Source of the DNA: a virus
Length of the DNA: 63,884 bases
Reading direction: 5' to 3' (one strand)
Virus record (IMG/VR): IMGVR_UViG_3300045988_069167
Both the position numbers and the translations under genes were made by a program. Within the stretch, counting starts at the first letter, position 1, and the number at the start of each line of letters is the position of its first letter. Under the pieces are notes generated by a model. That model did no database searches. It saw only the letters and a program-made list of their open reading frames with translations, and had not been told where the DNA came from. Shown in pieces: positions 1-9,800 of the stretch.

Positions 1-24
1 AAAGGTTTCTCTGTAAAAAGTCCA
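1..24. repeat. Terminal direct repeat, copy 1 (aaaggtttctctgtaaaaagtcca)
   Basis: Exact 24/24 match to 63861-63884. Consistent with the overlap of a circular assembly or with att core copies. Confidence 0.95.
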
Positions 25-47
25 TTATGTCCTTTTATTAATTGCAA

Positions 48-96
48 GTTACTGATAATCAGTTAACTGTGATTTATCTTATTAGTAACGAGTAAC
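48..96. repeat. AGTAAC hexamer cluster (candidate integrase arm-type sites), right of the 24-nt core
   Basis: gttact at 48-53 (inverted); agtaac at 84-89 and 91-96. Confidence 0.5.
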
Positions 97-290
97 AAAA
101 TAGCAACTTTGAATTGTTAATCTTTGCAAACTCGTTTGCTATGCTTGGCGCAAAGATACAAATTATACTTTGTTCACAATCAATCCATAAAAACACTTTA
201 ACTTAGATTAACACTAATACCTATTATATACCCATTGTATAACTACTAATACCTATTTTCGATTTCTCTTACATTCAACACTTTTTTACA

Positions 291-322
291 TTTGGTAGTT
301 TCAAAAATTGCTTCTATCTTTG
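291..322 (+). promoter_or_regulatory. Consensus Bacteroides-type promoter (-33 TTTG, -7 TATCTTTG)
   Basis: TTTG at 291-294 and TATCTTTG at 315-322, with a 20-nt spacer. It fires into an ORF-free 470-nt leader upstream of the gene at 792. Confidence 0.6.
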
Positions 323-791
323 CATCGTTAATGTTGCAGATTGACAGACTAAAGTAGTCCTCCTTTCAGGCTTTTTTTTATAAGCCTACAAGATATGAGT
401 TCCTTAGTTCTTGCTGCAACCAAGACTTTGGGACTCTTTTTTATCCCAGAGTTTTTGACAAGACATACGAGGTTCAATCCGTGCAGTCCTCTTCGGAGTT
501 ATCGACCGATATATAAAACTGCTCAGTCTAATAGAATATATCCATGTAGGTAAACCCTGCTCTGTCCCATCCATTGACAACAGGTGCCCATCTGCCGAAA
601 GGCACTACCCCTACATAGATGAACCAAACAAAGTGGGTAACTTTGTTCTATGTAGGCTTTAGTAAGGAATAATCTACTGCTTATAGTAGTTGATAATTAA
701 ATAAAGATTTTCCTTGCTGCTGCCCTCTCCCTTATGGGGATGGGCAAAGAATGGATAGTATATATTGTTGAACTAATAAAATTTTAAGATT

Positions 792-1163
792 ATGAGTGAA
801 TTATATTGGTTAGGTGTTTTGGGCAACCTGTGTGATTTTGGTGTGTGTATTGTGGCTCTTTCAGTTTTAGTAATGCTTTTTTTGGCGTTTATACTTGTTA
901 CTAATACTTTGGAAGGTTACGATAAACCTCCTATTTGCTTAAAACTTTTAAAGTTAAGTGCAGTTTCTACATTAATAGGATTTCTTATGTGTGTGTTCAT
1001 CCCTTCGACAAAGAGCCTGCTTATCATCTATGGGGTAGGCGGTACTATTGATTATGTTAAAGAGAACAAGGTTGCAAATAAGATTCCAGATAAGTGCATT
1101 AAGGCTCTTGACAAGTATCTGGATGATGCGTTGAAGGAAGATAAAGACAAAAATAAAGAGTAA
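792..1163 (+). CDS. Hypothetical membrane protein (2-3 TM helices, Lys/Asp-rich tail)
   Basis: 123-aa ORF with an ATG start. Hydrophobic segments CIVALSVLVMLFLAFILV and AVSTLIGFLMCVFI. Confidence 0.7.
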   Translation: MSELYWLGVLGNLCDFGVCIVALSVLVMLFLAFILVTNTLEGYDKPPICLKLLKLSAVSTLIGFLMCVFIPSTKSLLIIYGVGGTIDYVKENKVANKIPDKCIKALDKYLDDALKEDKDKNKE

Positions 1164-1165
1164 TT

Positions 1166-1444
1166 ATGGTTTCAGAATCAGCTAAATATTATCACGATCA
1201 TCCTTTAGCACGTGAGCGCAAAAAGCGTTATGACACTCGTTTTGAATCTTCTCCTGCTCAGAAGGCTAAGCGTAGGGAATTGGCTCGTCACAACGCTGCA
1301 CACGATAAGAAGTATGGGGCAGCTTCTCGCAAGGGTATGGATGCCTCACACACCAAGTCAGGTATCAGGTACAAGCCATCATCTGTCAATCGTGGTTCCA
1401 AGACAGACATGGCTGGAGATAGAAGGGCAAGAGGTGGTCGCTGA
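1166..1444 (+). CDS. Hypothetical highly basic protein
   Basis: 92-aa ORF starting 2 nt after the preceding stop. Arg/Lys-rich throughout. Confidence 0.65.
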   Translation: MVSESAKYYHDHPLARERKKRYDTRFESSPAQKAKRRELARHNAAHDKKYGAASRKGMDASHTKSGIRYKPSSVNRGSKTDMAGDRRARGGR

Positions 1445-1450
1445 TATTGA

Positions 1451-1483
1451 TAAAAAAATAGGGAGTGCTCACGCATTCCCTAT
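1451..1483. terminator. Hairpin terminator between convergent genes
   Basis: ataggga(12 nt)tccctat stem at 1458-1483, preceded by an A7 run (a T7 run on the minus strand). Lies between the + gene ending at 1444 and the - gene ending at 1561. Confidence 0.6.
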
Positions 1484-1560
1484 TGTCGTCCTGATAATCT
1501 TTTAACCTTAATCAAAAACCTATAACTCAAAAACTTATGAAATGTATTTAAAGCACAACA

Positions 1561-1875
1561 CTAACCTTCTTCTTCTGACATCTGTTTTAACTTCTCGGTG
1601 AGAGCATTGTGAACCTCACGCTTATCATCAAGAGTGACAGTCTGTAGCTTAGGGCAGTTGAACTCCAATATCTTGATGAATGATGTGACCTTATCCTTCG
1701 GCTCACATTTATTCCAAGCAATCAGGAAGTCTTCCCAAGCCTCTCTTGTAAAGTCAGCACACAACTCACGAAACTCCTTCGTAATAGGAGACTCGTAACC
1801 TTTCTGTTTTCCGCCAGTCTTTGCTCGACCTTTCTCGAACTGACCTTTAGTATTTCTGCCTGCTGCCATTTCCAA
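1561..1875 (-). CDS. Hypothetical protein with basic Gly/Lys N-terminus (possible small-terminase-like DNA-binding protein)
   Basis: 104-aa ORF. The N-terminal GRNTKGQFEKGRAKTGGKQKG resembles basic N-termini seen in some small terminase-like phage proteins. The assignment is weak. Confidence 0.55.
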   Translation of the reverse strand: MEMAAGRNTKGQFEKGRAKTGGKQKGYESPITKEFRELCADFTREAWEDFLIAWNKCEPKDKVTSFIKILEFNCPKLQTVTLDDKREVHNALTEKLKQMSEEEG

Positions 1876-1888
1876 AACTATTTGGTTG

Positions 1889-1896
1889 CAAAGATA
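1889..1896 (-). promoter_or_regulatory. -7 box TATCTTTG (minus strand)
   Basis: caaagata on the + strand, 14 nt upstream of the ATG at 1875. Confidence 0.45.
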
Positions 1897-1991
1897 GCTA
1901 TATCCTGATATGTGCTAACCTTATCCATTAACTTTGTGGAATTGCAGACACCTTAATTAATAGATAAGGTTTCTATAATATAAGGTATGAT

Positions 1992-1999
1992 TATCTTTG
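1992..1999 (+). promoter_or_regulatory. -7 box TATCTTTG
   Basis: 32 nt upstream of the ATG at 2031, in an AT-rich intergenic region. Confidence 0.5.
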
Positions 2000-2030
2000 T
2001 ATCATTATTAATAATTTTAATTTCATATAT

Positions 2031-2693
2031 ATGATAGGTGCATTAATAGGTGCTGGACTTGGACTTGCAAGCAGTATCGCTAGCGGTATAGCTAACCGCA
2101 AGGCGAGACGTAAGCAGGAGCAGATGCTTGCCCAGCAGCAGAGAGAAAATCAGGCATGGTATGACAGGAAATATAATGAAGACCCTACCAAACGTGCCGA
2201 TACAGTAAGGTTGCTCACTCAGATGCAGGAGCAGATTAAGAACAGAAACAGAGCAGCTAAGGGCAGACAAGCCGTGATGGGCGGTACGGAAGACTCCACT
2301 ACTGCGGTAAAGGAGGCGAACAACAAGACTCTTGCTGATACGACCTCTCAGATTGTAGCTGCAAACGAAGCTCGCAAGGATGCTATCGAACAGCAGTATC
2401 AGCAGAATAAGCGTTCTATTCAGGGGCAACAGATGCAGATGGAAGCCGAGAAGTCTGCTGATACCGCTAACGTTGTAGCTGGTGTTGCTGGTACTGCTGC
2501 CAACATCGCTGCTACACTTGATAGTGGTGGCGGTAGTAGCAAGGCTCCTAAGCGTCCTGACGTGGTACAGCCTTCCGATGCGGATATGGCTAAGTTGGAT
2601 GCCAAGGTTGGTGCTGCTCCTACCCAGCATCAGGTAGCGAGTGACTTGAATAATATGGTTGGTGACAATGCACCAAAGAAGATTAAAGCATAG
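2031..2693 (+). CDS. Putative internal virion / ejection protein (Gly/Ala-rich hydrophobic N-terminus, Gln-rich coiled coil)
   Basis: 220-aa ORF. Starts MIGALIGAGLGLASSIASGIA, followed by a Q/K/R-rich helical region. First gene of an operon that ends in the giant ORF. Confidence 0.6.
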   Translation: MIGALIGAGLGLASSIASGIANRKARRKQEQMLAQQQRENQAWYDRKYNEDPTKRADTVRLLTQMQEQIKNRNRAAKGRQAVMGGTEDSTTAVKEANNKTLADTTSQIVAANEARKDAIEQQYQQNKRSIQGQQMQMEAEKSADTANVVAGVAGTAANIAATLDSGGGSSKAPKRPDVVQPSDADMAKLDAKVGAAPTQHQVASDLNNMVGDNAPKKIKA

Positions 2694-2696
2694 CCT

Positions 2697-3842
2697 ATGA
2701 AAGCATCAGATATGTTACGTAACAACAATGGCTTGAAAACTACACAGAGTATACTCAACAAGCAACAGAGTGGTGTGGATGCTGCCCAAAAGGCGAGTCC
2801 TGAGCAGATGAATATGAACACCTCACAAGCTATGTTGCAAGGGAAAGGGGAACAACTTACTCCTCCCAAGGATGCGCACGAACAGGCTGCAAGGATGAAC
2901 CAGCAGACTGCTGAGGGTATGCCTAATGGCTCTATTCCTACAGACGAGCCTTCCGTTCCTATCGTGAAGAAGGATGAGCCTCAGCCTAAGCAACTATCTT
3001 ATGCGGACATGTATAAGATGCTGAATCCCGAGCGTGAGGAGACTGCCGAACAGAAGGCGAATAGAGAGAAGAAGGAACGCACAAAGGCTCGTATCGCTGC
3101 TCTGGGTGATGGTCTCCGTGCGCTCTCTAATATCTACTTTTCGACTAAGGGAGCCAAGGTGGTACACAATCCTGAGTCGGATATGACTCAGGTTGTGAAC
3201 AAACGCAAGGCTTATATGGATGCTCAGAGAGAAAGGAATCGGGCGGCATGGCTGGCTGGTTATCAGAGGGCGATGGCTCTTGATGAGGAAGCTCGAAAGA
3301 ACGACCTGACCCTTGCTGAACAAATCAGGTATCACGATATGCAGAACGACATCAACAAGGTGAAGGCTGACCAAGGGCAGCAGAGAATTGATCAGGGCAA
3401 CAGAAGACTTGACTTGTCGAAGTTGAAATATACCAATGATGCTGAGTATAAGGATAATCAGTTGAAGATTAAGAAGATGCTTGCAGATGGGCAGATTAGT
3501 CATTGGGCAGCTCAGGATGCGCTCGCTAGACTCCGTGAAGGAAGAATTGCTAACAAGGCTCAGAAATCTTCGGGCGGTAACAAAACTACTGCTGGATATT
3601 GGTATGAGTACTACGACCTGATGGACACTCCTGAGGGACAGAAGAAGATTAATGAACTTAAAAGAAGGTTGAGAATCAAGAATGTTACTCAGACTAACGT
3701 GAGATATATCATGGATAGATTGAAAGGTAGAAGTAGTTCTGCTGGAGGTGGTACTTCATCTGGTGGCGGCAAGCATACAACACATAAGGCTGGCGGTTCT
3801 TCTTCGTCTGGTGGCAAGAAGAAGACTGGCGTAAAATGGTAA
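2697..3842 (+). CDS. Putative internal virion / ejection protein (low complexity, basic, Gly/Ser-rich C-terminus)
   Basis: 381-aa ORF starting 4 nt after the previous stop. Q/K/R-rich, with a GGGTSSGGGKHTTHKAGGSSSSGGKKK tail. Confidence 0.6.
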   Translation: MKASDMLRNNNGLKTTQSILNKQQSGVDAAQKASPEQMNMNTSQAMLQGKGEQLTPPKDAHEQAARMNQQTAEGMPNGSIPTDEPSVPIVKKDEPQPKQLSYADMYKMLNPEREETAEQKANREKKERTKARIAALGDGLRALSNIYFSTKGAKVVHNPESDMTQVVNKRKAYMDAQRERNRAAWLAGYQRAMALDEEARKNDLTLAEQIRYHDMQNDINKVKADQGQQRIDQGNRRLDLSKLKYTNDAEYKDNQLKIKKMLADGQISHWAAQDALARLREGRIANKAQKSSGGNKTTAGYWYEYYDLMDTPEGQKKINELKRRLRIKNVTQTNVRYIMDRLKGRSSSAGGGTSSGGGKHTTHKAGGSSSSGGKKKTGVKW

Positions 3843-3872
3843 CAGAATTGGTAACAAACAAATACATATATC

Positions 3873-6800
3873 ATGGCAGAAAGACCATTATACACTTTAT
3901 ACAAGAATCTGAAAGCGCAGAACTATGATGTGCCTAACGATTACAATAAGTTTGAAAGTGCCCTGACAAGAGACGGAAAGAGCGGTGCAGATAACAGACA
4001 CGCTATCTATGAGAACTTGAAGGCTCAGAACTTTGATGTTCCTGATACCTATGAGCGTTTCTACTCTGCACTTTTTGAACCTCGTAGTAAGACTTCATCT
4101 AGAGCGAAGGGCGGTAGTGTTCCTATGAGTGCTGCTGACCGTGCTCGTTTCTCGGCTGGGGCAGCAGCTATCTCGGCTAGTGCTCAGCAGACAATGAACA
4201 ATGTCGGAAGATACAACAGACTAAAACAACGCAAGCAGAAGCAGCAAAAGGATTTCGGTCGTGTGAACTTGGGTACACATAAGACTGCTTTTGGTGGTGA
4301 TGCAAACAATGTGGTGAAGGATGATTTCGCTTACAATCCTGAGACTGGCAAGGCTGGCGCATACGTAACATCTGACAATGAGAATGTTTATTCTCAGAAT
4401 GATGCTGAGCAGAAACAGAACCTATTGGATAAGTATGGGGAAGAATGGAACAATGCAGTTGATATGGGTGTTGTTCCTTCTGAGTTGGATAAGGCTGACC
4501 CTGATTTGTCTGACACAGATGTTGCTATGCGACAAATGGAGAGAAGACAAGAGTGGCTTGACGAGAATCAAAATAGACGTTCTAAGGAATTGAATGAGTC
4601 TATGCACTTGCAGGGCTCTCCTTTTGTTGCGTCTGGTGGAGCAGTTGCACCTTCTTCGTTTAATACGGCTATAAGCAATGAGGCAAACCGCTTGTCTGAT
4701 GTAGAGTATGGTGCTTATAATACCGCCAAGGCTTATAATCAGATGTTGCGTACTACTCTGCTTCAGGAGTTGAAGGAACAAAAGCAGAGAAATGAAAATG
4801 CTGGTTGGTGGAAAGATAAGTGGAACGATGTTTCCAATTATTTCGGTGCGATGTTTAATACCATGCTTGACCCGAAGTTATATTCTCAGGGTATTATGGA
4901 CGCAGCTATAGCAAACAATTTGCTCCAAGTAAAGAAGGGCATGGAAGATGGAACAATCAAGAAAGGTTCCAATGCAGGAAATGCAGCACAAGCTATGCTT
5001 GGTGCTATTCAGCAGCAACAAGGAGAAGCTGCTAAACAGCAGCAGTATGGAACAAAGGCTTATCAGTATGGAGACATGAGCGGTCGCTCCTTGAAGTTTA
5101 TGGCAGATTTTGCGTTAAGCGGATGGAGAAATGTTATGACTACTGGTTTTACTAAGACAGGAGAAAAGGTTGGAGAGAAAATGGCTCTCGGTGCTCTTGG
5201 TAAATGGTTTACTAAGAATACTGGTCGTGTGCTTGGTGATATAGCTGGTAGTGCAGCATTAGCGGCAACCAATCAACTTGGCTCTACATATAATAATGTT
5301 ATAGAGCGTTATGTTGGAATGAACAACGAGAATGGTGGTGTGACCCAAGACAAGAATGGCGATTTGAAGTTCAATGAAGGTGTCAGTCTTGGTAGGGCTA
5401 TCAAGGATGGCTTTGGCTCAGCTACAATAGAGAACTTCTCGGAAATGTTCGGTGAATATCTACCAGGAGCATCTAAGTTGTTGTCAAAGTTAGGGCTTTC
5501 CAAGGTATCTTCTTTTTTTGAAAAGATAGGCAATAATGCTTACTATAAATGGTTGAGTAACGCAACTAACAAATCTGGAATCCAAGGTGTGATGGCTGAG
5601 ATTTCAGAAGAGGAGTTTGGTACTGCCCTTCATGCAGCTTGGGGTGATGGAGACGGAAGTTGGAGTGACTTCAATGTTTTCACGAATCCTGATGCCAGAG
5701 AAAAGCAGATTGATACTTGCCTTGGAATGTTCTATTCTGTTGGTTTCATGCAGGCTCCTCGAACTGCTGTTGGTGCTATAAATGCTGTGCGGTATTTCAA
5801 CATCAAACATCAGGTTACCAAGGCAGACAAGTTTGGTCAGATGATGTTCAATGATAAGTGGGAGGAAATCAAAGACAAGATTGATGTGACAACGAATGCA
5901 GACTTGACTAAAACAGTCTTGGAAGCAACTCGCTCAGACTCCATGACTGCCAAGCAGAAAGGTGCGGTCATCAATTATGCTATGTTCCTTAGCAAGCTTC
6001 GAGGATTCAATCAGGCATCAGATGCTAAGACAAAAGATAAGGTTGAAGAAGGTGAAACGGCTCCAACATTATCCAACGACCTTGATGATGCTTACACAGA
6101 AGGTCACAATGCTGATGATACAGATAAGCACAATATCCAGTTGGAGCAGAACGACAAGGCGAATGAACTTGCAGCCATGTTGCATATTACTCCAGAGCAG
6201 CTACATGATATGGCAGACGAAGACTTGGAAGCTATGAATGGTCAGGATGATAAACTTGATCAAGCTATCTACGATTACCAAGTATCTACTGCCAAGTATC
6301 AGGGTGTGATGGATGGAGCACAAGACGAAGTTGATATGGCAGCACATCAGGCGGCTATGGAAACGGATAACATGACTGACCTGAGTCGTGGAACCGTCCG
6401 TAAGGCAACCATTAAAGCAACTGGTGGCTTGGAAGACTACGAGGTGTATATCATAAGTGGTAATATCGCCACTCATGATGATGGCTCTATTGACGTGGGT
6501 AATAGTGATGATATGATTATCTACTATGACCCGACAACTGGCAGAAAGGAACACGCTGATGCCATGATGTTTGCTGACCTCATCGAAGAACTCCCTGCTG
6601 CTGACGTGAAGGCTCAGGCTATTAATGATGCAAAGGAAAATGCTATCAAGAAGATTGCTGGCATCATTGATGGAACCGTTGAAGTTGGCTCCCAGTTCTC
6701 TGTTACTGATGCAGATGGAACAGAGCATACTTATGAGGTGCTCGCTGATAATGGTGATGGTACTGCCATGATTACTATTGATGGTAATGTACCTACAGAA

Positions 6801-9800
6801 CTTGTTAAGGGCGAAAATGTACAGATACCATATTCGTTTGCAGACTTGCAGCAGATGAAAGATATGGAAGACCAGAAGAGAATGGAAGCTGCCAAGGCTG
6901 AGCGTGAGCAGATGGAGAAAGAACGTGCTGAACAGCAGACTCAGGAGACAGAAGAGACTCAACCTTCATTTGATTTCAATCAGATTCTCAATGATGATGG
7001 CAACGTGGTGCTTACTGATGTACTCGGCAAGGATGGTAATACAAAATATCCAAACTCCCAGTTGTTTCTTATCCGTGATTCAGGTGCAAAAGCTAAGGTG
7101 ATGGAATTGAAGAGTGATGGCACTCTCGTTCCTCATGCGGTAAACAAGAAAGATGTGAGAACTGCTACTACTATGTCGCTCGATGAGTATAAGCAAGCAT
7201 TTGCTGCCTCCTCAATGATAGAGGATAATAGTGGAGAGAATAGAGGTGAGATAGAGGTGGAAGCTCCAACAATAGAGGGAGAGACTGCTGCTCCTGAATC
7301 TGCTGAGACTCCTGCAACAGAACAGACTCCTGCTGCTCCTGCTATTACTCTTGAAGATGGAACTATCGTACCTATGCTGGAGGATGGCAATCCTGACTTC
7401 TCAAAGCTGACTGCCGAACAGACTGCTGAGTTGTATGACTCTCAGTTTGGTGAGGATGCTGATAACGTAATTAGCGGATGGGTATCTGATGCAAAGAAGG
7501 TACTCGACAAGGCTAACAACATGACCGTGAAGGGTAAGAACTTCGTGGAACAGAAGGCTGCAAAGGATGCCAAGGAGAAGGCTATTGCTGATGCTCAGGC
7601 GGCTTATGACTCTGCTATTGCTATCCGTGATGCTTATAATGAGCGACAACTTGCCAAGGTGGAAGATACTGCTGATGGCAGAAAGAACCTTATTGAGAAG
7701 GCAAGAAGAAAGTTCGCTCGCTTGAAGAGTGCGGTGAAGGATGATGCTGAGGCGGTTGCTCAAATCTATAAGGAGACGGTTAGCTCTCTCCTTCATCGTC
7801 TGTATGATGGTACAGGCATTGATGTGACAGATACCAATCCGCTTACTGCTGAGGAGTATGTAGCAAGTAATCTCAGTGCTCACACTCTCAACTATGAGGG
7901 GACAGAAACAAGCAAGGGTGTTAAGCAGGAGACTGGATTGAGCAGAGAAGACTTTGCCAAGACCCAGTTGCTCGCTGCTGATGGCAAGGGTACTACTATT
8001 GACAACCTTGTGCATAGCTTGTGGGAAAATCGCCCATCCAACCTTGATTCGCTCAACACTCAGGATATTCGTAACGCACTTATCGGTGTACTCACAAGTG
8101 GGTTCAAGGCATCGGAAGCAAGAAGTTATGTTGAGAACATTCGTATCGCTCAGGCGGAAAAACTCATTGAAGAAGAAAGGACTGCTGCTGAGAATGCTAC
8201 ATATTACGAGCAACAGAAAGCTAAGGAGGAGGAAGAAAAGAAAAAGGCAGAACTGGAGAAGAAAGCAGAAGAGGAGAACAAAAAGGCTAAGGAAGAGAAG
8301 ACCGAGGATAATGAGCAGACAAAGTTCCCTGAAAAACTAAAGGAGGGGAGCAAGGCTATTGAAGCTCCTGGGGATGCAACGGATGAGAAGCCTTTTGGTG
8401 AACAACTTGATGAGGCTAACCTTCCTTTCTCTGCTAAGGAGAACGGCAAGAAGCAGACAACATCTGAGCGTGCTGCTGACGTGGAGAAGAATAAGGTGGA
8501 TGATATGAAGGTCGTTGACAACATCGTTGGCGAGAAGACTCGCAAGGCTTTCGCTAGACTGGCTAAGATGATGGGTGCCAACATTCAGTGGCAGTACTCC
8601 GACAAGTTGGGCAACGGCTGGATTCAGGAGACCAAGGATGCTGATGGCAACGTTCATCGTACAATCTTTATCACTCTTGACTCTTCCATCACGGAAGGTG
8701 CCCAGTTCATCTTCGGTCACGAAATGACTCACCAAATCAAGAACCTGAACCCTGCTGCATACAATGAGTTGACTCAGCTTGTGCTTGATACCTATGGCTC
8801 TGACGCCTTCGACAAGGCGGTAGATGAGACCATGAAGAGATATTCCGATGCTGGATTCTCTGGACGTGCTAGAGAATACTATGCTGAGGAGGTTGTTGCT
8901 GATGCGGTAGGTGAAATGATTCGTGACCTCAACTTGGCTCACACTCTCGCTATGAAGATGTCTCATCCTCTGCTCGCTGCTATCCATGAGATATTGCAGA
9001 AGATTAAGTTGGCATTCTTTGGCACAGAGTATAGCGATGTAACCAAGAACATCATCCGCTCTATCGAACAAGCCTACGTGAAGACTGCCAAAGGTGAGGT
9101 TACAAACTCCGAGACTGGTGAAGATGTTTCCTTCTCTCTCCGTCAAAAGCCTGAACCTAAGAAGAAGGGCATCGGCTACAAGGTGTTCGTATTGAAGGAT
9201 GGCAAACTCTATCCACCTATGGTAGCGAACCCTAATGGTGCTGCTACTCCTGTTGGTGTGTGGCTCGATGCTGATGCGGCTCCTATTGCAGGAGAAAGCA
9301 AAACTGGCAGACCTCAGGTTAAGCAGGGCGGTAGCGGTAAGTTAGCCTATAGACCAGGCTGGCATCTTGGTGTAGTGCCTTACGCTATCCAGTTCAACCG
9401 CAAGGATGCTGAGGGCAACAAGACTCTCTTCCCTAAGAACTTCGTCTTCGCTGAGGTGGAGTATGCTGCTGATGTAGATTATCAGGAGGAAGCTCGCCAA
9501 GAGGGTATCAATCCATCGGGCAAGTATCAGCACTCACTCGCTGGCTTGAAACATTTGCCTACTGATGGCTATTATATGTATCGTACCAACCCGAACCCTG
9601 AGACTGACCCTTGGATGATTACTGGTGCGATGAAGGTGAACCGTATCTTGACTAGAGCAGAGCAAGCAGACTTGGTAAGCAATGCTGGTCGTGAACCTCA
9701 GCAGATTCAGGAGGGTGATATTGTTACTGATGATGTTGTGAACAGCATCAATCAGGAGATAGCTGATGCTCCTAAGTTCTCGTTGAAGGTGTACCATGGT

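Noticed and set aside
471-480. GGTTCAATCC, a T-loop-like sequence, considered as a tRNA fragment marking the att core.
   Set aside because: The flanking bases do not form a T stem or an acceptor stem, so no cloverleaf can be drawn.
395-553. A 52-codon ORF (MSSLVLAATKTLGLFF...) inside the long leader.
   Set aside because: It has no ribosome-binding signal, no motif and an unremarkable composition. The hairpin-rich context fits a non-coding role better. It is not excluded.
2043-3503. Antisense ORFs 2043-2630, 2420-2605, 2630-2869 and 2994-3503.
   Set aside because: They are shadows of the plus-strand ejection-protein genes. They have no independent start context or motifs.
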